Assembly: GCA_017472925.1 (NCBI GenBank) | Contig: JAFUNS010000001.1 | Span: forward strand, 39,376 to 103,375 | Reading direction: 5' to 3' | DNA length: 64,000 bases | Source: Bacteroides sp. | GTDB lineage: Bacteria > Bacteroidota > Bacteroidia > Bacteroidales > Bacteroidaceae | In this document: positions 57,572 to 64,000 of the stretch, in pieces | How the letters are laid out: every line of letters begins with the position of its first letter | Position numbering within the stretch: position 1 is the first letter of the stretch | Program-made: the position numbers and the translations under genes | The notes under the pieces: generated by a model | Databases searched by the model: none | Told to the model about the DNA's origin: nothing | What the model saw: the letters and a program-made list of their open reading frames with translations, nothing else

Positions 57572-57777
57572 AAAAACACTCAGTACACTCAGTATACTCA
57601 GTATTTTTTTTGAGTATTGACTACTCGCTTTGTAATGTAAAAAATATTTTACTATAATATAATATAAATATTATATATTATATTATAGTAAATTTAATGT
57701 TAGTTTTAATGTTAGTGGATAGGGGTAGCAAAAATATACTGAGTATACTGAGTATACTGAGTGTACTGAGTGTTTTT
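57572..57777. repeat. Nested inverted-repeat element with 9-bp subunits and AT-rich core
   Basis: Perfect 33-bp IR (57572-57604 / 57745-57777); perfect 19-bp IR (57648-57666 / 57674-57692). Confidence 0.9.
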
Positions 57778-57830
57778 GTATTTGTTTGTTGGGTGGTGCA
57801 TCTTTTAATATTTACAGATAGTTGCACGAG

Positions 57831-57887
57831 TTGGCGGACGTTGGCGGACATTGGCGGACAATGGGCGCGAAGGATGTTGTATCTTTG
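57831..57887 (+). promoter_or_regulatory. Three 10-bp direct repeats plus -7 element with no downstream gene
   Basis: TTGGCGGACR x3 at 57831-57860; TATCTTTG at 57880-57887. Confidence 0.55.
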
Positions 57888-57900
57888 CATCGTAATCAAG

Positions 57901-57953
57901 AAAACAACGCTTTATCGGCCGTAAAACGTCGTTTTCTTATTTGTAAAACGATG
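57901..57953 (+). repeat. 22-bp-period repeat, copy B
   Basis: 44/53 identical to 41162-41214. Confidence 0.75.
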
Positions 57954-57985
57954 TGTTCTAAAAAGGAACGTCCACCGGCTGTCAT

Positions 57986-58648
57986 TTAAAGACCATTCAG
58001 CCCGCAGAGGGTCAGTAGTTCTTCGGCTTGATTGATGATGGCCTTAGGGTGGAAAGCTTCGAGCTCGGTGCGCGGACGGAAGCCCCAGGTTACTCCCACA
58101 GCATCGACTCCGGCCTGAAGGGCTGTCTGCATGTCCACACCTGAATCGCCTACATAGAGTGCATCGGTGACAGAGAGGCCGGTGGCATGAAGAATATCGT
58201 TTACAATGGTGGGGTCGGGCTTGACTGGGATGCCTTCGCGCTGGCCCAGAACCATCTCGAAACGAAGGGTGGGGAAGTAGTGGGAGATGAGCTTCTCGGT
58301 GGCCGACTGGTATTTGTTGGATGCCACGGCCAACAGGATGCCATGCGACTGGAGTATGTGAAGCACCTCGGGAATGCCGGGATAAGGCGTGCTGAGGTCA
58401 GCATTATGCTCATTATAATAAGGTAAAAAGCGTGAGCGGATGCGGAGAATTTGCTCCTCGGTGCGTTCTCCCTCGGGGAGGGCCCGTTCAAACAGCTTGT
58501 TGATGCCGTTGCCCACAAAGAAGCGATAAGCATCGGTGGGGTGAGTGGGGAAGCCGAAGTGCTCCAGTGCCTGGTTGGTGGCGGTGGCGAGGTCGGCTAT
58601 CGTATTTAGTAAAGTTCCGTCAAGGTCGAATATCACTATTTTCTTCAT
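57986..58648 (-). CDS. HAD family hydrolase (phosphoglycolate phosphatase-like)
   Basis: FDLDGTL, VASNK, KPDP, YVGDSGVD; start reassigned to MKKIVIF. Confidence 0.92.
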   Translation of the reverse strand: MKKIVIFDLDGTLLNTIADLATATNQALEHFGFPTHPTDAYRFFVGNGINKLFERALPEGERTEEQILRIRSRFLPYYNEHNADLSTPYPGIPEVLHILQSHGILLAVASNKYQSATEKLISHYFPTLRFEMVLGQREGIPVKPDPTIVNDILHATGLSVTDALYVGDSGVDMQTALQAGVDAVGVTWGFRPRTELEAFHPKAIINQAEELLTLCGLNGL

Positions 58649-58865
58649 TTTCTTTTTCTTTAAGACGATGCAAAGATAGTAATTTGTGCTCAAGCTACGC
58701 AAAAGAACAAAAGAAATGAAAGGCCTGTGCAGCCAAAGCACGAAAACAATTTAATGTTTTTTTTGATTTTTCACTACAAAACTATCACAAATAATGCGTA
58801 AATTTGAACGCAATTTTTGCTTTTGCTAAGATTGTGCTAATAGATTTATAATTTAAGAATTTCGT

Positions 58866-59120
58866 ATGGAGAACTTAGACATTGCATTGATGCTGATGGT
58901 GGTAGGTATGACCTCCGTTTTCGTCATTCTCCTCATCGTCATTAACTTGAGCCGCGGACTCATTTGGGTGGTGAATAAGGTAGCCCCTGAAGATGAGCCC
59001 AAAAAGAAGGCTGCATCGGCCGTTCCTACTCCCGATGCTGCTACCCTGGATGCCATCAAGGCAGCTGTGGATATTCTTACAGCCGGTAAGGGTCAAGTTG
59101 TGAAGGTAGAGAAGTTGTAA
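58866..59120 (+). CDS. oadG: Na+-translocating decarboxylase gamma subunit (OadG family)
   Basis: VGMTSVFVILL TM helix, AIKAAV; first gene of the operon. Confidence 0.85.
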   Translation: MENLDIALMLMVVGMTSVFVILLIVINLSRGLIWVVNKVAPEDEPKKKAASAVPTPDAATLDAIKAAVDILTAGKGQVVKVEKL

Positions 59121-59145
59121 TCCGAAAAAACGCAAAGATTTTAAA

Positions 59146-61008
59146 ATGGAAAGAGAAGTAAAATTTAGTTTGGTGTTCCGTGACATGTGGCAAAGCGCCG
59201 GAAAATATGTGCCACGGGTAGACCAGTTGGTTAAAGTGGCTCCCGCTATCATTGAAATGGGTTGTTTTGCCCGTGTAGAAACCAATGGCGGTGGCTTTGA
59301 ACAAGTAAATCTGTTGTTTGGCGAAAATCCCAATAAAGCTGTACGCGAGTGGACAAAACCCTTCCACGAAGCAGGTATTCAGACTCACATGCTTGACCGC
59401 GCTTTGAACGGCCTCCGCATGAGTCCAGTGCCGGCCGATGTGCGTAAGCTATTCTATAAGGTAAAGAAAGTGCAGGGAACAGACATCACCCGTACCTTCT
59501 GCGGACTGAACGATGTGCGTAATATCATCCCTTCTATCGGCTATGCTCACGAAGCTGGCATGATTTCGCAATGTGCCCTCTCCATTACCTACTCACCGGT
59601 GCACACCGTGGAATATTACCTCAATATGGCCAAGCAATTGATTGATGCAGGTGCTGATGAAATCTGTATCAAGGACATGGCAGGCATCGGTCGCCCGGTA
59701 TTCCTCGGAAAGATTGTGGCAGGCATCAAGAAAATCAAGAACATTCCTATCCAATATCACTCTCATGCAGGTCCGGGCTTCAACATGGCTTCTATCCTCG
59801 AAGTTTGTAAGGCTGGTTGCGACTATGTGGATGTGGGTATGGAACCTCTCTCATGGGGTACAGGTCATGCCGATGTAATCAGTGTGCAGGCTATGTTGAA
59901 GGATGCCGGATTCAAGGTGCCCGAAATCAACATGGAAGCCTACATGAAGGTGCGCTCATTGGTTCAGGAATTTATGGACGATTTCTTGGGACTCTACATC
60001 AGCCCGAAGAACCGATTGATGAACTCGTTGCTCATTGCTCCAGGACTCCCCGGCGGTATGATGGGAAGCCTTATGGCCGACTTGGAAACCAACCTCGAAT
60101 CCATCAATAAGTATAAGGCAAAACGCAACTTGCCGTTCATGACACAAGATGAACTCCTCATCAAGTTGTTCGACGAAGTGGCTTATGTATGGCCTCGCGT
60201 AGGTTATCCTCCATTGGTGACTCCGTTCAGCCAGTATGTAAAGAACCTGGCCATGATGAACGTGATGGCACTGGAAAAGGGCAAGCCTCGTTGGGGTATG
60301 ATAGCCGATGACATTTGGGACATGATTTTGGGTAAGGCCGGACAATTGCCGGGCGAATTGGCTCCGGAAATTATCGACAAGGCCGTGCGCGAAGGTCGCA
60401 AGTTCTACGAAGGCAATCCGCAGGACAACTATCCTGACCAATTGGAAAAATACAAGAAGATGATGCTGGAAAAGCAATGGGATAGAGGTGAAGATGATGA
60501 AGAACTCTTTGAATATGCCATGCATCCGGCTCAGTATGAAGCCTATAAGAGCGGAAAGGCTAAGGAAGACTTCCTGGCTGATGTGAAGAAGCGCCGCGAT
60601 GATATAGCCAATGCAGCTGCTCCGGCTGATGCACAGGATAGCAAGCCGAAGGTGCTCACCGTGGATGTGAACGGACAGGCTTACCGTGTAACAGTGGCTT
60701 ATGGTGCAGTAGACCCAGCTGAACTGGCAGGTTCGGCTCCGGCTCCAAGTGGGGCAGCTGTTGTGCCGGCAGGCGAAGGTCAGGATATTCTCTCGCCATT
60801 GGAAGGCAAGTTCTTCTTGGTGAAGAATGCACAGGAAACTCCGAAGAAGGTGGGTGACAAGGTTGCTGCAGGCGATGTGCTGTGCTATGTAGAAGCCATG
60901 AAGACCTACAATGCCATCCGTGCCGAATTTGACGGAACCATTACCGCCATCTGTGCCAACTCGGGAGATACTGTATCTGAAGATGATGTATTAATGAAAG
61001 TATTGTAA
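59146..61008 (+). CDS. oadA: Oxaloacetate decarboxylase alpha / carboxyltransferase with biotinyl domain
   Basis: RDMWQS, CIKDMAG, HSH, PGGMMGS, GYPPLVTPFSQ, EAMK biotin site. Confidence 0.88.
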   Translation: MEREVKFSLVFRDMWQSAGKYVPRVDQLVKVAPAIIEMGCFARVETNGGGFEQVNLLFGENPNKAVREWTKPFHEAGIQTHMLDRALNGLRMSPVPADVRKLFYKVKKVQGTDITRTFCGLNDVRNIIPSIGYAHEAGMISQCALSITYSPVHTVEYYLNMAKQLIDAGADEICIKDMAGIGRPVFLGKIVAGIKKIKNIPIQYHSHAGPGFNMASILEVCKAGCDYVDVGMEPLSWGTGHADVISVQAMLKDAGFKVPEINMEAYMKVRSLVQEFMDDFLGLYISPKNRLMNSLLIAPGLPGGMMGSLMADLETNLESINKYKAKRNLPFMTQDELLIKLFDEVAYVWPRVGYPPLVTPFSQYVKNLAMMNVMALEKGKPRWGMIADDIWDMILGKAGQLPGELAPEIIDKAVREGRKFYEGNPQDNYPDQLEKYKKMMLEKQWDRGEDDEELFEYAMHPAQYEAYKSGKAKEDFLADVKKRRDDIANAAAPADAQDSKPKVLTVDVNGQAYRVTVAYGAVDPAELAGSAPAPSGAAVVPAGEGQDILSPLEGKFFLVKNAQETPKKVGDKVAAGDVLCYVEAMKTYNAIRAEFDGTITAICANSGDTVSEDDVLMKVL

Positions 61009-62243
61009 TGGAAGATATATTTGTAAAACTGTATGAGATGACGGCGTTCAGCAACATCTTTGCGAATCCGTCGTTCCTCATCATGTATGCCATTGCCTTC
61101 GTCCTTCTCTATCTGGGAATCAAGAAGCACTATGAACCCCTCTTGTTGGTGCCCATCGCCTTTGGTGTGCTGTTGGCCAACTTCCCCGGCGGGGAAATGG
61201 GTGTGGTGCAGGCCGATTCCAACGGGATGGTGATGGTAAATGGTGTGATGAAGAACATCTGGGAAATGTCATTGCCCGAGATTGCACACGACCTCGGCAT
61301 CATGAACTTCCTCTATTATATGTTGATTAAGACCGGCTTCCTGCCACCTGTAATCTTTATGGGTGTAGGTGCGCTGACCGACTTTGGCCCGATGCTCCGT
61401 AACTTGCGCCTCTCTATCTTTGGTGCAGCTGCACAGATGGGTATTTTCTCGGTGTTGTTGGTGGCTATCCTCATGGGATTCACTCCGCAAGAAGCAGGCT
61501 CATTGGGCATCATCGGTGGTGCTGACGGTCCTACAGCCATCTTTACCACCATCAAGTTGGCTCCGCACTTGTTGGGCCCTATCGCCATTGCAGCCTATTC
61601 TTACATGGCATTGGTGCCGGTAATCATCCCTTTGGTGGTGAAGTTGCTTTGTACCAAGAAGGAACTGATGATCAACATGAAGGAGCAGGAAAAGCTCTAT
61701 CCGTCGAAGACTGAAATCAAGAACTTGCGCGTACTGAAGATTATCTTCCCTATCGCCGTGACTACTGTTGTGGCCATCTTTGTGCCGACAGCTGTATCGT
61801 TGGTGGGTATGTTGATGTTTGGTAACCTGATCAAGGAAATAGGTAGTGACACCAGTCGCTTGTTTGATGCCGCATCGAACAGCATCATGAATGCAGCCAC
61901 TATCTTCTTGGGACTCTGCGTGGGTGCAACCATGACAGTAGATGCTTTCTTGAACTGGAATACTATCGGAATTGTGATTGGTGGTTTCTTGGCATTTGCC
62001 TTGTCTATCGCCAGCGGTATTTTTATGGTGAAGATTTGCAACCTCTTCAGCAAGAAGAAAATCAATCCGTTGGTGGGTGCCACCGGCTTGAGTGCTGTGC
62101 CTATGGCCAGTCGTGTAGCCAATGACATTGCCACCAAGTACGACCCGAAGAACCATGTGTTGAACTATTGCATGTCGAGCAACATCTCGGGTGTAATCGG
62201 TTCGGCCGTAGCAGCCGGTGTGCTGATTTCGTTCTTGGGATAA
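61008..62243 (+). CDS. oadB: Na+-translocating decarboxylase beta subunit
   Basis: EPLLLVPIAFG, IIGGADGPTAIF, AAYSYMALVP, SAVPMASR. Confidence 0.93.
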   Translation: MEDIFVKLYEMTAFSNIFANPSFLIMYAIAFVLLYLGIKKHYEPLLLVPIAFGVLLANFPGGEMGVVQADSNGMVMVNGVMKNIWEMSLPEIAHDLGIMNFLYYMLIKTGFLPPVIFMGVGALTDFGPMLRNLRLSIFGAAAQMGIFSVLLVAILMGFTPQEAGSLGIIGGADGPTAIFTTIKLAPHLLGPIAIAAYSYMALVPVIIPLVVKLLCTKKELMINMKEQEKLYPSKTEIKNLRVLKIIFPIAVTTVVAIFVPTAVSLVGMLMFGNLIKEIGSDTSRLFDAASNSIMNAATIFLGLCVGATMTVDAFLNWNTIGIVIGGFLAFALSIASGIFMVKICNLFSKKKINPLVGATGLSAVPMASRVANDIATKYDPKNHVLNYCMSSNISGVIGSAVAAGVLISFLG

Positions 62244-62259
62244 AGACATTATATTTATA

Positions 62260-62336
62260 AGGCGCGGATTACGCGGATTAACACGGATTTTGTGATGCTA
62301 TGTACTAAACCGTGTTAATCCGTGTAATCCGTGCCT
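62260..62336. repeat. Palindromic REP-like hairpin built of CGGATTA subrepeats
   Basis: AGGCGCGGATTACGCGGATTAACACGG ... CCGTGTTAATCCGTGTAATCCGTGCCT. Confidence 0.8.
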
Positions 62337-62505
62337 AATTTTTATATCAGGTGCTAAAAACAGGTAAGATGTAACATCAGCAAAAGAAAAAAGGAACATT
62401 TCTACGAAATGTAATACAAGCGAAAGTATTGGTGACAAAAATAACACGAAACAATGTATAGTTTATTTAAATTTGTGACATGAAATAATCTAAACTAAAA
62501 CGAAT

Positions 62506-64000
62506 ATGAAGAAAAGAGTATCTATCCTTTGTTTCTTTGTTGCCGCTATGTTGGCCGGCACTGCCATGGCCCAACCTCCACAAAGATGGAAAGCACAACG
62601 ACAAGCGGCTATCGCCAAGTATGTACCTTACGAAGAGAAGACCTTCGAGGGTGGTATGAATCCTTATCTGCCTTTGTGGGAACATTTACCCGATGGCGAA
62701 CCGCGTGTGTTTGAAGATCCTGACAATCCAGGCAAATATCGCATCTATATCATTGGTTCGCACGATGTACGCTTTAACAGTTATTGTGGTCCGGATATCC
62801 GCGCATGGTCGGCTCCGGTGGAAGACTTGACCAATTGGCGGGATGAAGGTCCGTTGTTTTTATACCCTATTGACAATCAATGGGATGTGATGTATGCTCC
62901 CGACTTGGTGGAAGTGAAACGCAAGGATGGAACCAAGGAATATTATCTCTATCCACACAGCCGAGGATTTGGACGCGAAGCTATGGTGGCCAAGAGCAGT
63001 CGTCCGGATGGTCCGTTTGAACCTGTCAATGTGAGCTGGGATGGCCGAGGTGTTGTGAAGGGAAGTGTCATGGGATTTGACCCTTCGGTTTACATTGATT
63101 ATATCACTGACCCGAACGACCCAGATTACGAAACAGGTTTCCGCGCTTATGGTTTCTGGGGCTTCCAGCACTCCAATGCTGCTGAGCTGGATCCAAACAC
63201 CATGTATTCTGTTCGTCCAGGCACACAGATTCATAGTCCGTTCATTCCTTCCAGCCTCCGTTATGGTGTGTTGAGAGACCCTGAAGGAACCAAGTATCCG
63301 GCTGTGTATGAAGGCGAAGACTTAGGTCGTTTCAATTTCTTCGAAGCTGCTTCTATCCGTAAGGTGGGCAACAAATATGTTTGGGTATATAGTGGTTATT
63401 CAGGTCCTGACTATGGTCTGAGCAGCACTAATTCGGCTTTGCGCTATGCCTTTGCCGATTCTCCATTAGGTCCCTGGAAGAGTGGTGGTGTGTTGGTGGA
63501 CTCCCGTGCACCCATCTTGAACGAGGATGGCTCTCACTTGCAGACTTCCTATTCGGGACACAATACACATGGCAGCATTGAATATATCAATGATCAGTGG
63601 TATGTGTTCTATCATCGTGCTCCTCGTGGCTTTGGAAATGCCCGTCAGCCGGTGGTGGCTCCAGTATTCATAGAGTATGACGAAGCCTTGGTGGCCGATG
63701 GTGGTGAAGTGCGAATCCGTGCTTACGACCCTTATGCCAAGGGTAATTTGTGGACAGCCAAGGACAAGCAAGGCAATGAATACAAGGGTGCCGAAGTAAC
63801 CTCGGAAGGTTTCCATATCTTTGGTCTTGATCCTTATAAATATTATTCGGCAGGGATTGCCTGTTACTTGTCGGATATCAGTCTGCAACAAGATTCATGG
63901 GATGTTTGGGACAACAACATGCCTGTAGGAACCGTGAAGAACGGACAGATTATCGGTTTCAAATACTTTGGCTTTGGTGGCTTGAAGACAGCCCAGAAGG
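62506..64000 (+). CDS. GH43 family glycoside hydrolase (3'-truncated by window edge; absent from the ORF track)
   Basis: Manual translation: signal peptide MKKRVSIL.., NPYLPLWEHLPDGEPRVF, YAPD, FDPSV, FFEAASIRK, GHNTHGSI. Confidence 0.85.
   Translation, partial: MKKRVSILCFFVAAMLAGTAMAQPPQRWKAQRQAAIAKYVPYEEKTFEGGMNPYLPLWEHLPDGEPRVFEDPDNPGKYRIYIIGSHDVRFNSYCGPDIRAWSAPVEDLTNWRDEGPLFLYPIDNQWDVMYAPDLVEVKRKDGTKEYYLYPHSRGFGREAMVAKSSRPDGPFEPVNVSWDGRGVVKGSVMGFDPSVYIDYITDPNDPDYETGFRAYGFWGFQHSNAAELDPNTMYSVRPGTQIHSPFIPSSLRYGVLRDPEGTKYPAVYEGEDLGRFNFFEAASIRKVGNKYVWVYSGYSGPDYGLSSTNSALRYAFADSPLGPWKSGGVLVDSRAPILNEDGSHLQTSYSGHNTHGSIEYINDQWYVFYHRAPRGFGNARQPVVAPVFIEYDEALVADGGEVRIRAYDPYAKGNLWTAKDKQGNEYKGAEVTSEGFHIFGLDPYKYYSAGIACYLSDISLQQDSWDVWDNNMPVGTVKNGQIIGFKYFGFGGLKTAQK

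Noticed and set aside
58866-62243. Na+-translocating decarboxylase operon as a novelty
   Set aside because: Standard Bacteroidales housekeeping arrangement

Overview
Chromosomal window from a Bacteroidales bacterium (SusC/SusD pair, hybrid two-component system, TAnnTTTG promoters). Left to right: (1) end of a xyloglucan-type glycosidase run (GH31, GH2, GH3); (2) a glycosaminoglycan PUL (HTCS, GH88, SusC/D, DUF5017, PL29-like, three fimbrillin/type V pilin-like lipoproteins with C-terminal CBM-like domains, DUF1573-PL8) followed by nagB and a NagB/PIG-L fusion; (3) DUF1573-GH3 xylosidase and a CBM48 esterase; (4) rmuC, yhaM-like, dsbD, tRNA-Ser(TGA); (5) a ~16.8 kb accessory region after the tRNA with a complete Yersinia/Brucella-ure2-like urease operon (ureABCEFGD, urea transporter, Ni/Co ECF transporter, atypical K+ channel), small hypothetical genes, vsr with scrambled vsr fragments, and a DUF2075 nuclease-helicase / CoiA-like / NUDIX operon (candidate defence module); (6) HAD phosphatase, Na+-translocating decarboxylase genes and the start of a GH43. 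Several structured non-coding elements (22-bp-period arrays, phased short motifs with IHF-like boxes, a nested 33-bp/19-bp inverted repeat, REP-like hairpins) sit at module junctions. No integrase, transposase, reverse transcriptase, CRISPR array or rRNA was seen. All family calls are by motif recognition, not database search.
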